Source: an uncultured Chromatiales bacterium (GTDB lineage: Bacteria > Pseudomonadota > Gammaproteobacteria > Poriferisulfidales > Poriferisulfidaceae). From it: a stretch of 64,000 bases of DNA. A program made the translations under genes and the position numbers. Position 1 is the first letter of the stretch; each line of letters begins with the position of its first letter. Location: the NCBI GenBank assembly GCA_964602805.1, contig CAZRSJ010000004.1:1604-65603 (forward strand). Direction: 5' to 3'. Shown here in pieces: positions 39,138 to 51,400 of the stretch. The notes below the pieces were generated by a model. It made no database searches. It saw nothing but the letters and a program-made list of their open reading frames with translations, and had not been told where the DNA came from.

Positions 39138-39922
39138 GTACGCCGGATTCTCCCGTGACGCTTGATGCCCTGCGCCGGATGGTGCGGGAGGGCAAGAATC
39201 GTTTTGCCGGCCTGACGGCCTACGATGCGACATTCACGCGCGTGCTTGATGCATGTGGAGTGGAGTTCATCTTGGTCGGCGACTCTCTTGGCATGGTTAT
39301 TCAGGGGCATTCCAACACTCAGCCGGTGACCATGGACGACATGGTCTACCACACGCAATGCGTCGCCCGAAGCATTCAGCGCGCCCTGCTGATCAGCGAC
39401 CTGCCGTATATGAGTTGCTGCGATGTGCCAATGGCGCAAGCCAATGCCATGCGGCTGGTGCAGGAAGGTGGTGCGCAGGTGGTCAAGCTCGAGGCCTCCC
39501 AAGACCAGGTCGAAATCGTCCGCGCCCTGTCCGATCAGCGCATCCCGGTCTGTGCGCACCTGGGGCTTCGTCCGCAGAGCCTGGCCAAATTGACTGGAAT
39601 CCGGCGGCACGGGCGCACTGCCGAGGAAGCGGACGAACTTCGGGAGACGGCGCTTGCACTGGAAGAAGCGGGTGCGGACCTGCTGCTGCTGGAATGCGTG
39701 GTCGACGACCTGGCTGCGGAAATCACCGAGCAGGCAGGAATCCCGGTGATCGGCATCGGTTCCGGCGCGGCCTGCGACGGACAGATCCTGGTGCTGTACG
39801 ATCTGTTGGGGTTGACCGACCCGGCTCCGAAACACGCCCGCAGCTTCATGAACTCAGGCCGTGGTGTCGCGGATGCCGTCCGGGCCTACATTGAAGCGGT
39901 CCATTCCGGATCCTTCCCATGA
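39134..39922 (+). CDS. panB: 3-methyl-2-oxobutanoate hydroxymethyltransferase
   Basis: PanB motifs (LTAYDA, ILVGDSLGMV, KLE). Confidence 0.9.
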   Translation: MSTPDSPVTLDALRRMVREGKNRFAGLTAYDATFTRVLDACGVEFILVGDSLGMVIQGHSNTQPVTMDDMVYHTQCVARSIQRALLISDLPYMSCCDVPMAQANAMRLVQEGGAQVVKLEASQDQVEIVRALSDQRIPVCAHLGLRPQSLAKLTGIRRHGRTAEEADELRETALALEEAGADLLLLECVVDDLAAEITEQAGIPVIGIGSGAACDGQILVLYDLLGLTDPAPKHARSFMNSGRGVADAVRAYIEAVHSGSFP

Positions 39923-40764
39923 TCCTGTGCCGCACGGCGGCGCAACTTGAGGCCGCGCTGGCCCAGCAGCCCAGGGAGCGAGCCCTGGTGCCGACCATGG
40001 GCGGCCTGCACGCCGGGCACCTGAGTTTGATCGAACATGCACGGCAGTGTCCCGGAATCGTGTTGGCCACCGTTTTCGTCAACCGTCACCAGTTCGATGA
40101 CCCGGAGGATTTCTCCAACTATCCCCGCGAAGAGGAAGAAGACTTCGAACGCCTGCGCCAGGCGGGGGTCGATCTGACGTATGCCCCTGACGAACAGGCA
40201 GTCTGGGGCGGCGAGCTTCCCCGGCTGGAGGAATTCGAGATCCCGGGCTTGACGGATGTGCTGGAGGGTCGGTACCGCCCGGGGCACCTGACGGCGGTAG
40301 CGGCGGTAGTCAGCCGGCTGTTCGACCAGACAGCCCCGACGGTTGGCGTGTTCGGCGAGAAGGATTACCAGCAGTTGGTGCTGGTGCGGCGCTTGGCGGC
40401 GGAATGCCAGCCACCAATCCGAATTATTGCCGCTCCGGTCGTGCGCGAGCCGGACGGCCTGGCCATGAGTTCACGAAACCGAAGGCTGGGTCCCCAGTCG
40501 CGTGAACAGGCGATTGGATTGCACCGGATCCTGGAAGCGGCTGCAGAATCAATCAAGGGTGGGCTCGATGTCGAGCAGGCGCAACGGCAGGCGTTCGGGG
40601 CCTTGGTCGAGTCAGGATTTGAACCGGACTATGTCGAGGTGCGTGAAGCGGATTCCCTGCGCCGGCCAGTCCCAACCGACCGGGACCTCGTCATTCTGAC
40701 CGCGGCGCGGTTGTCGGGAGTGCGGTTGCTGGATGTCGTCCGTTTCGGCCTAGCCTTGTCGTGA
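39919..40764 (+). CDS. panC: pantoate--beta-alanine ligase
   Basis: PTMGGLHAGH HIGH-type motif and the PanC fold. Confidence 0.9.
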   Translation: MILCRTAAQLEAALAQQPRERALVPTMGGLHAGHLSLIEHARQCPGIVLATVFVNRHQFDDPEDFSNYPREEEEDFERLRQAGVDLTYAPDEQAVWGGELPRLEEFEIPGLTDVLEGRYRPGHLTAVAAVVSRLFDQTAPTVGVFGEKDYQQLVLVRRLAAECQPPIRIIAAPVVREPDGLAMSSRNRRLGPQSREQAIGLHRILEAAAESIKGGLDVEQAQRQAFGALVESGFEPDYVEVREADSLRRPVPTDRDLVILTAARLSGVRLLDVVRFGLALS

Positions 40765-40816
40765 GACCTCAGCAGTCCGGCGAAATTTTCTAGCCGGAGC
40801 GTCGGCTGCATCGACG

Positions 40817-41716
40817 CTATGCGAGGTCGTGCCGTTCGAGAAACTCGCGGGTCACGGCAACGCACTCCTCGGGTTTTTCCAGTTGAAGCAAATGCGTCGT
40901 TTCAGGGATGAAATCGTAGTCCACTTCATAGGCGAGCCGCTGGTCGAGCGTGGGCAGATACGAGTGCGGCATGGTGGGGTCGGCGCCGACGATCTTCTTC
41001 GGACAGGCGATAAGGTCGAGATCGAGCAGCGGAAAGAAACTCCGGCCGTATTCCATCAGATTCGCTTCGTATTCACGGGGGCAGCGAAGCTCGTAATCGT
41101 GACCGCCCGCGGATTCTCGAAGCGTCGTCAGCGCCATGAGTTCGTGCACGCCAGGGGCAACCCTCTTGAATGATGGAAGAAACTTCAGGAGTTCGACAAA
41201 CTCCTCCCGCGACTTAAAGTGATCTTCCCGCTGCCGGGTCTTGGCAGCTATGAGCGCGGCCGCCTCCAGAAGCTCCGTCTGACTCATGTCGTGCTTAGCC
41301 AGGGGCGGATCGAACAAAACCAGCGCCGAATAAATTTTGCTACAGGACAGAATGGAGACAATCGAGGTGAGGGAGTGAAAGATGCCGACCGTCGGCTTGC
41401 TGCCATACTCACGATCAATGGATTCGAGAATGATGTCGTGATCGCAAACAAGCGTCGGAATATTGTGATCCCTCGGGGCGCCGACGCTATTCCAACCGTG
41501 GTTCCTGAGGTCGTAGACCATCACGTCGTAGTCGTTCGCGAGCAGAGACCAGAACGGGTAATAGAGATCGGCGGCGAGACCACTGCCGTGGCTCAGGACG
41601 ATCCTGGTGCCTGACGGATTGCCGTGCTGGCGTACGGTGGTGACGGTATCGTCGTCGAGACGAACATCGAGGGTTGATAAGGGGTTGGGTATCTCCCACA
41701 CGATGTCAATTGTCAT
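40817..41716 (-). CDS. alpha/beta-fold hydrolase (candidate thioesterase/hydrolase of the PKS locus)
   Basis: HG-motif oxyanion region (IVLSHGSG) and a C-terminal His-x3-E-x-PE end (THLLQLEKPEE). The nucleophile elbow reads GIFHSLTS, which is non-canonical versus GxSxG. Lower GC than the surroundings. Co-transcribed downstream of the discrete ACP. Confidence 0.7.
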   Translation of the reverse strand: MTIDIVWEIPNPLSTLDVRLDDDTVTTVRQHGNPSGTRIVLSHGSGLAADLYYPFWSLLANDYDVMVYDLRNHGWNSVGAPRDHNIPTLVCDHDIILESIDREYGSKPTVGIFHSLTSIVSILSCSKIYSALVLFDPPLAKHDMSQTELLEAAALIAAKTRQREDHFKSREEFVELLKFLPSFKRVAPGVHELMALTTLRESAGGHDYELRCPREYEANLMEYGRSFFPLLDLDLIACPKKIVGADPTMPHSYLPTLDQRLAYEVDYDFIPETTHLLQLEKPEECVAVTREFLERHDLA

Positions 41717-41888
41717 GGCAAAAAGTCCAGATGTCTGCCAATACGCGCCCTGAATGGAACGCAGCGCCGCCGGAATGGCGGGGCACTCAATGCCGAAAAT
41801 GTCGACCGCCTCTGGGCTTGGGGCGGTCGGTTGCGTTCAACTGGTATCAGGGATCATCCGGCGAGTGCACGGATGCCACCTGGAATGC

Positions 41889-42119
41889 TTACTGACCGCG
41901 CGCGTCGATGTAGCTTACGAGTTCGCGGAGGTTATTGAACTGTGTGCATTCATCCGCGACCAATCCGAGGTCAAATTCCTGGTTGACCAGTTTGAAAAAC
42001 GCGATCGCATCCACCGAAGAAACCCCGATGTCACTGAACGACCGGTCGAAATCTGGGTCACGGCCTAGGTCGAGGTTTTCGGTGATGAGCGTTCTTAGAC
42101 GGTCTTCAGTTCCAGACAT
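41889..42119 (-). CDS. discrete acyl carrier protein
   Basis: 76-aa four-helix ACP-like protein with the phosphopantetheine-attachment motif DIGVSSVD. Transcribed divergently from the PKS start, 285 bp away, from an AT-rich intergenic region. Confidence 0.65.
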   Translation of the reverse strand: MSGTEDRLRTLITENLDLGRDPDFDRSFSDIGVSSVDAIAFFKLVNQEFDLGLVADECTQFNNLRELVSYIDARGQ

Positions 42120-42404
42120 GTTTATTTCTCCCTGAAAGTGAATGTTATTGTTATGTGTGCAGTCCGAAGTTCCTAGCCCAAATTAGACCTGGAGATAACC
42201 GGACAGACCGATGCCCCTATAAGGGCAGAGTGCCATACGATGAGCAGTTTGGACAGTGTAGCATTAATTTCAACGTGGTCAGCGACAGTCTCATTTGACT
42301 AGTTTTGTCTCTTGGCGAAGGGGGGCCAGGGTTCTTGTTTGCCGTTAGGCTCGACTTGGAATACGATGTTTTAAGCTAATTCCAGTTCATGTAACGAGCC
42401 CTCT

Positions 42405-45400
42405 ATGGCAAAGCCGGACAAATCTCCCACCCCCTCTGACCCTCAGGAGTCGAAGCGCGTCGCGGGCGATCCGCCCATAGCGGTCATAGGCATGGCCTGC
42501 CGGTTTCCCGGCGCGCCGGATATCCCGGCTTTCTGGCGCCTGCTCGAAAGCGGCGGGAACTCGATCAGCGAGGGAATCTCCGGCGCGGGCGCCGAACGCA
42601 TGGGGGAACTTTTCCCTGGCGGCGTGGTTCCGAACGAAGCCTGCCGCTTCGGATCCTTCGTTTCTGATATCGACCAGTTCGATGCCTCGTTCTTCCGGAT
42701 TTCACCGGCAGAAGCACAACTGATGGATCCACAGCAGCGCATGATGCTGGAGACGAGCTGGCTGGCGCTTGAAGATGCAGGGATCGATCCGGACCGACTC
42801 AAAGGCGGCCAGACTGGCGTCTACACCGGGATCAGCAATGACGAGTACCGAATGCTGGTTCTGGACACGACCAAGCCGACCGAGGCGGCCGGATGCCTCT
42901 ATGCCCTCAGCGGCACCAACCTGAACGGCGCCAGCGGGCGGGTGTCTTTCGTCTTGGGTCTCATGGGGCCGGCGAAGGCCGTGGATGCCGCTTGCGCGTC
43001 GTCCCTGGTCTCGGTCCACGATGCGGTGGTTGACCTGCAGCAGGGCAAGGCGGACCTGGCCATTGCCGGCGGCGTGCAGGCCCTCCTGAACGGCCGCGTC
43101 TACGAACTGCGTGCGGACGCAATGATGCTGTCTCCCGACGGGCAGTGCAAGACTTTTGATGCATCTGCGAACGGTTACGTACGCGGCGAGGGTTGCGGGG
43201 TCGTGATCCTGAAACGACTGAGCGAAGCGGAAGCGGATGGCGATCGTATCTGGGGCGTCATCCGAAGTTCGGCGGTGAATCACGGCGGAGCCAGCGTTGG
43301 ATTGACGGTCCCGAATACACCTGCGTTGGAACAGGTGATCGAGACGGCGCTATCGCGGGCGGGCATCCCCCCGTCGGAAGTGGATTACCTGGAGGCGCAC
43401 GGAACCGGAACGACGGTGGGCGATCCCATCGAAATCAATGCGGTAGCCTCTGTCTACGGGAAGGAACGCGAGGCCGATCACCCGCTTCTGGTCGGTTCCG
43501 TAAAAACCAACGTCGGCCACCTGGAGTCTGCCGCCGGGGTTGCCGGGCTAATCAAGGCAGTGTTGGCGGTGGAGCGGGGCGTAATTCCGAAACACCTGCA
43601 CTTCCAGGACCCCCACCCGGGCATCGACTGGGATCATCTGCCGTTGCAGATCACTTCGTCCACGACGGACTGGCCGCGCCATCGCGGGCGACCGCGGTTG
43701 GCGGGCGTGAACTCCTTCGGGATATCCGGGACGAACGCCCACATTGTGGTGGAAGAGTACGACGGTCCAAGCCCGGCTCTTGACGAAGGATATCGGGCTG
43801 CGGGTTCCGCAAAGGCCGTGGAGATCCCGCCGCCGGCGACCGTGGCGGATCTGTCGTTGCCGGAACAGGAAGGGAGCGGACGCAAGAGCCGTCTTTTGCC
43901 GTTGTCGGGCAAATCGGAGGGCGCGCTTCGGGAACTGGCAAAGCGGTACCTGTCGTGGCTCGACGACCGGGCCGAAGAATCCTCGGAAAGCATTGCCATG
44001 GAACCGTTGCTGTCGGACATGGCGTGGAGCGCCAGCGTGGGACGGAGCCATTTCGACTATCGTGCGGGGATCGTGTTCCGCGATGCCGAGTCGCTGCGGG
44101 AACGCCTGAAAGATTTGGCCGAAGCAGACGATGGCGTGAAACCCGGGAGGGCGGCCAAGGTGGCATTTGCCTACACCGGGCAGGGAAGCCAGTGGGCCGG
44201 CATGGGACAAGCACTCTACGAACACGAACCGATAGCGCGCGCGGTTCTGGATCGTTGCGAAGCGGCATTCCGGGATGCGCGGGGAACCTCCCTGCTGGAT
44301 GTGATGTTCGGCCGGGACGAGGGCGAAGGCGAACTTGAAGACACGGCGTGGGAACAACCGGCCCTCTACGCTTTGGAGTGCGCGCTGACGGCTCTATGGA
44401 CGAGTTTGGGCATCAGGCCCAGTGTGGTCGTGGGGCACAGCGTCGGGGAACTGGCGGCGGCACAGGCGGCAGGAGTGTTCAGTCTCGAGGACGGGATGCG
44501 GTTTGCCGCGACCCGGGGCGCCTTGCTGTCGGGAACCGAACCGGGTGCCATGGCCGCAGTGTTTGCACCGGCTGAGCAGGTGGCATCGGAGGTCGAGGCG
44601 TTCAATGCATCGTCATCCAACGCCAGGCTGAGTGTTTCGGGGTACAACGGGACCCATCAGGTGATCAGCGGCCCGATCGAGGAAATTGAAGCTATTTCGA
44701 AGCACCTCGAATCAGAAGGGATCCGGGTCAAGCGGCTGAACACGGCCCGGGCATTCCACAGCGCCCTGGTGGAGCCGGCCTTGGACACACTGGAAGCGTC
44801 CCTGGAGGGCATCACAATCAAGCCTCCCTCCCTGACCGTGGTCAGCAACCTGACGGGCCAGGCAGTCGGACCCGACGAGTTGCTGGACGGGACCTATTGG
44901 AGACGGCATGCCCGGGAGCCGGTGGCATTCGCTCGCGGTGCCGAAACACTGGCGGAACTCGAGGTGAATCTGGTACTGGAGATCGGCCCGCGCTCCGTAT
45001 TGGCCCCCATGGCAGCTGCGGCCTGGCCCGAATCCGCACAGGCTCCCGCAGTCCTGTCGAGCCTGTACCCGCCATCCGGGAACGGCAAGGCATCCGGAAG
45101 CGGCAGCGATTTTGCAGAGGCAGTCTCGGAAGCCTATCAGGCAGGGCTGCCGATTCATTTCCCGGGGCTTTTCACGGGCGAAACGCGGCGGCGAATTTCG
45201 TTGCCGGGCTATCCATTCCAGCGCGAACGCCACTGGGTTGAGGCCTCGAAGCGACGGCACTTGGCCGAGGGTCACCCCCTGCTGGGCGTTCGGCATGAAT
45301 CCGCCAACGGCGAGATCACGTTCGAGACCGAGATCTTCCCCTCGGATCCGACATGGCTGAGCGATCATCGGGTGTTCGGCCGGCTCATCGCACCGGGCGC

Positions 45401-48400
45401 ACTTTATGGCGCCATGGCGGCATCGGCTTCTCTTGCCGAAGGCGGCCGGTCGATGGTGGTGGAAGATCTGCAGTTGCATAATCCGTTGATCTTTTCGGAC
45501 GAGGGGGCCGGGGAAGGAGAGGAAGAGAATGGCCGAAAAGTTCAGGTTGTGCTCGATGCCCCCGAACAGGCGCCATCGCAGCGTGTCCGGATATTCAGCA
45601 AGGGAAGCGAGGAAGGCTGGGTTCAGCACATCGAGGGCCGCGTGTCGCCGGGCACCTCCATGCCGGAAGACAGTGCGCGGATCGATGTCGAAAAACTGAA
45701 GTCCGACCTGTCGCCGGCTGACGTGTCGGCCTATTACCACGCCAAGGCGGCGACCGGGATCGACCTCGGCCCATTCTTCCGCACGCTAGGGAAGGTGTGG
45801 TCCGGGCCAGGTGAAGCGTTGGGAGAAGTGTCTTTGCCGGAATCTCTGGGCCGCAACGAATTGGATGTCCACCCGCTTGTACTGGACGGTTGCTTCCAGG
45901 TCGTGGGCGTGGCACGAAACATGACGGGCGCCCAGGGGGAGGCGACGTACCTGCCGTTCGGCTGGGAGCGGCTGTGGCTGGCGAAGCGACTGCCGGACCG
46001 GGTGCTTTGCCACGTGCGCATCAATGAGGCTCCCGGGCAATCGGAAGAGAAACCGGGCCAGGCGCCGGAGGTTCTGAGCGGGGAATTGCGCATCTACGAT
46101 CCGGATGGGGTTTTGCTTGGCGCCTTGAGCGGGTACACGGTGAAACGGGCGACGCGGGCGGCGCTGTTGTCGGCGGTCGAGGGAGTGAAAGATCTGCTGT
46201 ATGAGGTTGTCTGGCGCGATTGTGCCCTCGCACAGGGAATCACTTCCGCCGACTTCTTCCCGGATCCGTCTTCTGTCGCAGCTTGCACGGGGTTGTTCTC
46301 CGAGTATGTGGCAGCCGAGGGGGTCAAGCCGGAGGACAGGAATTCCCTGCTGATGGATCTGGAGCGATGGTCGCGATCCTATGCGCTCACGAACCTGGAG
46401 AAGCTGGGCTGGCAGCGCGAGGCAGGCATGACCGTGGACCCCGACGATCTGCGGCAACGCTTGGGAGTCATCGAGGATCACAAGCGCCTGTTCCGCCGGC
46501 TGTTTGAAATGCTCGCCAAGTCGGGAGTGCTGGAAGAGACGGAGGAGGGTTTCACCGTCGTGGTGGGGCCGGAAGACCCGCTGCCGGACGAACTGCCGGA
46601 CAACCCAGAGGAATTCCACACCCGGATGGCCGAACTCTATCCTCATGGCTCGACCGAGATCGGGTTGTTCCGCCGGTCCGGCGGCGCCCTGGTCGAAGTG
46701 CTGCGCGGTCAAGAGGACCCGTTGACGCTCCTGTTCAGCAGCGGAGAACCGACTGCGGCGGATCTGTACCTGAAGGCGCCGGTCGCCCGTGCCGCGAACC
46801 GGTTGCTGGCCGACGCGGTTCGAACGCTGGTGGCCGCATTGCCCGAGGGGCGGCGCCTCAGGGTCGTTGAAGTCGGTGCAGGCACGGGGTCGGCGACGGC
46901 GTCCGTCCTCCCGGAGCTTCCACAAGGACGATTCGACTACACGTACACGGACATTTCGGCGGGCTTCTTTGCGGAAGCGGAGGCGCGCTTCGGGGATGCT
47001 GGCGGCTGCATCGAATACCGGCCGCTGGATATTGAAAAGGACCCCATCGCCCAGGGCTTCAACTCCCACGGCTATGACTTGATGATTGCATCCAATGTGC
47101 TTCACGCGACGCGCCATCTTGATGAAACATTGGGGCACTGCCGGGATCTTCTTGCTCCATCGGGGCAGTTGATCGCGCTTGAGAACCTCCACGGCCAGGG
47201 CTGGATGGATCTGACTTTCGGACAGTTGGACGGCTGGTGGCGGTTTGCCGACGACTACCGTCCCCACCACGCCCTCGCGAGCCCCGCGGTGTGGCGTCAG
47301 GCACTTGGCAATTCGGGTTTCGGGGAAGTGGAAGTTCTTGGAGTGGACGAGTCCGACGCGGCCAAGATGCCGGACAAGGGCGTGATCGTCGCACGGGGTC
47401 CCGTGGAAGTGGCGGAGCCCCCGGGCGTATGGGTGCTGACAGCGTCTCACGGAGACGGGGCCGCAGAACTCGCGGGCTTGTTGGCGGCAAGGAACCAGAC
47501 GGTCGTATTGGCGGGAAGCGAATCGTCCGAGGACGGGCAATTGGCAGCAGGTGGTCCCGGCGTTTTCAAGGCTGCCGTGGAAATGGATCAACGGGAATCG
47601 TGGCAGTCCCTGCTGGAAAGCCTGCCCGGGGAGGTACCGTTCAACGGCGTGGTGCATCTTGCGGCGCTGGACGGCCATGGGACAGAGGCGGCGACCGAGG
47701 AAATGGCGGAAGACGTCAAACAAATCGGCGCGAGCGCATTGGCGCTGGTGCAAGGCCTGACCGATGCCGACGTCACACCCGAGAAGGGCGTGTGGTTTGT
47801 TACGCGCGGGGCGCAAGTGCTGGAGCGGGAGCGCGGCGGGGCACTTGCAGGTGCGACACTCTGGGGCTTTGGCAAGGTGGTGGCCCAGGAAGCGGCGCAT
47901 CTGCAACCGAGGATGATCGATCTGGATCCCGCGGAAACAGCTTTCTCGGCTGACTTTCTCAACGAATTGCTCTACCCGGACCCGGAAAACCACATCGCTT
48001 ACCGTTCGGGCGACCGCCTGGTTGCGCGCTTGGTTCGATTCGGCACCGAGGCGGAGCGGCTGGTCCTGCCGGAAGAATCGGACTGGGTACTGTCTCCGGA
48101 TCCGGGCGGGATATTCGAGAAACCGGAAATCAAGCTGCTCCCGGAGCGCACCCTGGAGCCGAAGGAAGTCCGCGTTACGGTCGAGGCCACGGGGCTCAAC
48201 TTCTGGGATGTGTTCCGCTCGCTCGGTTTCATCGAGGAAGGGAACCTGGGGCGGGAGCTGTGCGGCCATGTTCTCGAGGTGGGCTCCGACGTTTCTACCG
48301 TCTCGGCCGGAGACCGCGTGGTTGGATTGGGATTCGGGGCATTCGGGCCGGAAATGATCACCCGGGAAGAACTGGTAGCGCCAGCCCCGTCGGGCGTTTC

Positions 48401-51400
48401 AGTGTCGGGACTTGCCACGATTCCGAGCGCATTCGTGTCGGCGGCGCTGTCGTATGAACTGTCGGGCCTGGAAGCTGGAGACCGCGTTCTGATTCATGCG
48501 GGTGCGGGCGGCGTGGGGCTCGCGGCCATCCAGCTTGCAAACGCCGCGGGCGCGGAAGTTTTCGCCACCGCGAGCGCGCCAAAGCAAGCCTATCTCCGGT
48601 CACTGGGCGTGGAACACGTGTTCGACAGCCGCCAGACGGCATTCGGGAAGGAGATCCTTGAAGCTACGGATGGCGCGGGAGTGGACGTAGTACTGAATTG
48701 CCTGACGAGCGAGGGATTCATTGATGCAAGCCTGTCCTGCCTGGCGAAGGGAGGGCGTTTCGTGGAGCTGGCCCGGCGCGACATTCTGAGCAAGGACGAG
48801 ATGGCGGCGGTGCGCCCGGACGTGGCCTATGACATCCTGGAACTGGACGTTCTGAAAAAAACAGACCCGGCGTGGGTCGGAAGGGTCCTGGATGGCGTCA
48901 TGGAGCAGTTTTCAACGGGGAAACTGGCGCCGATCGTCCACAGCCGGTGGCCGCTGGCCGAAGCGGGAGCCGCATTGAGGTTCATGCGCTCGGCACGGCA
49001 CCTCGGAAAGATCGTCCTGACGCCGCCGGCGCTCATGAGGGGCCAGTTGCGGCAGGACCGGACCTATCTGGTGACTGGCGGATTGGGTGGAATCGGGTGT
49101 GCCGTGGCCGAATGGCTCGCGGGCCAGGGGGCGGGAGCCATCGTGCTGAACGGGCGCCGGGACCCGGATGCTGCGGCCGAGGAGACGATCAGCGCACTCA
49201 GGGAACGCGGGATAACGGTGCAGGTGGAGCTGGCGGATGTGCTGGACGTCGCTGCGGTGGACCAGATGTTGGCGCGGATTGATCAGGAGCTGCCGCCCCT
49301 CGGCGGCGTGATCCACAGCGTGGGGGTGCTGTCGGACGCCGCGTTGACCAACCAGAGTTGGGAAAGTTTCGAGACGGTGCTGTGGCCAAAGATCCTGGGG
49401 GCCTGGCATCTGCACCGCGCGACAATGAATCGCGACCTGGATCTTTTCGTCCTCTTCTCGAGCCGGGTCGGCGTGATGGGCAATCCCGGCCAGGCGAATC
49501 ACGCTGCGGCCAATGCCTTTCTGGACCAGCTCGCTGGCCATCGCCGTGCGTTAGGTCTCCCGGGACAGGCCATCGCCTGGGGGGCATGGTCGGAAATCGG
49601 CGAAGCGGCAGAGCAACGGGAACGGATCGAGCGGCGGCGCGCAGCGCTTGGCGGCCGCTGGTTTACTCCGCAACAGGGAATCAAGGCACTTGAGAATCTG
49701 GTGCGCCAAGACACCACGACTTCCGTGGTGATGGCGATGGACTGGGCCGTGTTCGAGGAAGCCACTGGAACCCGTCCGCCCCTGCTGGAGGACCTGCTGT
49801 CCGTTGCGTCGGACCTCGAGACCGAGGCCTCGGCTCCGTCGGGCGACCTGCTTTCCCAGTTGCGTGGGGCGCCTGCGGCAGCACACGAGGGGCTTCTCGT
49901 CTCTTTCCTGCAGCAAGAGGTGCAAGCGGTGCTGAGGCTGCCGACGGCACCGGCACCCACGGTAGGGTTTTTCGATCTGGGGATGGACTCGCTGATGGCA
50001 GTGGAGTTGCGGAACCGCCTGAACCGCGCATTTTCAGAAGAATACACGGCATCCAACACGGTCGTGTTCGACTATCCCGACATAACTACGCTCGCGGGTC
50101 ATTTGGCCGAGGAGGTTGGCGATATCGGCGGCGCGCCTGCTCCTCAGGCCCAACCCGAGCCCGAGCCCGAGCGCCAGCCGATCGAACAACGCGAGGATGA
50201 CGACATCGCAATCGTGGGTATGGCGTGCCGCTTTCCGGGCGCTCCGGATCTCTCGTCATTCTGGCGTGTGCTTGAAGCTGGTGAGGACACGGTGACCGAC
50301 GGGCGCCAGGATTCCGACTTCTGGGGCGATCTTGGGGAAGACTTTCGCACCAAATACGCCGCTTACCGCCGGGGCGGGTTCGTGGAAGGGCTTGACAAAT
50401 TCGATGCACGCTTCTTCGGCATCCGGCCGATCGAGGCGCGGACCATGGACCCCCGGCAAAGGCTGTTGCTGGAAACGAGCTGGCAGGCGCTTGAGGATGC
50501 CGGAATGGACCCCGACCTGCTGAAAGGCAGCCAAACCGGGGTGTACGTGGGGTTGGGCGGCAGCGAATATCGGGATCTGGTCGCAGCCCTCGGTGAGGAT
50601 GACAACTACATCGGTACGGCCGGCAGCGTAGCGGCCGGGCGGATTTCCTATGCACTGGGCTTCATGGGGCCGGCAATCCCGCTTGACATGACCTGTGCCT
50701 CGTCATTGGTTGCGGTGCATCAGGCAGTCGCAAGCCTGCAGCGGGGCGAGGTGGATTTGGCTCTGGCCGGAGGCGCCAACGTGGTCCTGTCTCCTTCAGT
50801 CACAAAGTTCATGGCGGACTTCGGGATGCTGTCGGCGAGCGGGCGGTGCGGGGTTTTCGATGCTGCGGCAGATGGTTTCGTGCGAGGCGAGGGTTGCGGG
50901 ATCGTGGTTCTCAAGCGGTTAAGCAAAGCGGAAGCGGACGGCGACCGAATCTGGGGTGTGATCCGGGGTTCAGCGGTTAACCAGAACGGGGCGAGTGCCG
51001 GCATATCGGCACCAAGCGGAACCGCACAGGAGCAGGTACTCGGAGAGGCGCTGGCCCAGACCGGGATTCCGCCGTCGGAGGTGGATTACCTGGAGGCCCA
51101 TGGAACAGGCTCGGAAATGGGAGACCCGATCGAGGTGAGCGCGGCGGCGGCAGTGTACGGCAAAGGGCGCGAGGCGGATCGCCCGCTGCTGATCGGTTCG
51201 GTCAAGCCGAACATCGGACACTTGGAGTGGGCGGCAGGAGTTTCGGCGTTGATTAAAGTCGTGCTGGCGATGCAGCAAGGAAAGATCCCGAAACAACTAC
51301 ACCTCCAGAATCCGAGCCCGCAGGTGGACTGGGACCAGTTGCCCGTGCGGGTGGCGTCGGAAACGATCGACTGGCCGCTAGACCCCGACCGGCCGCCGCG

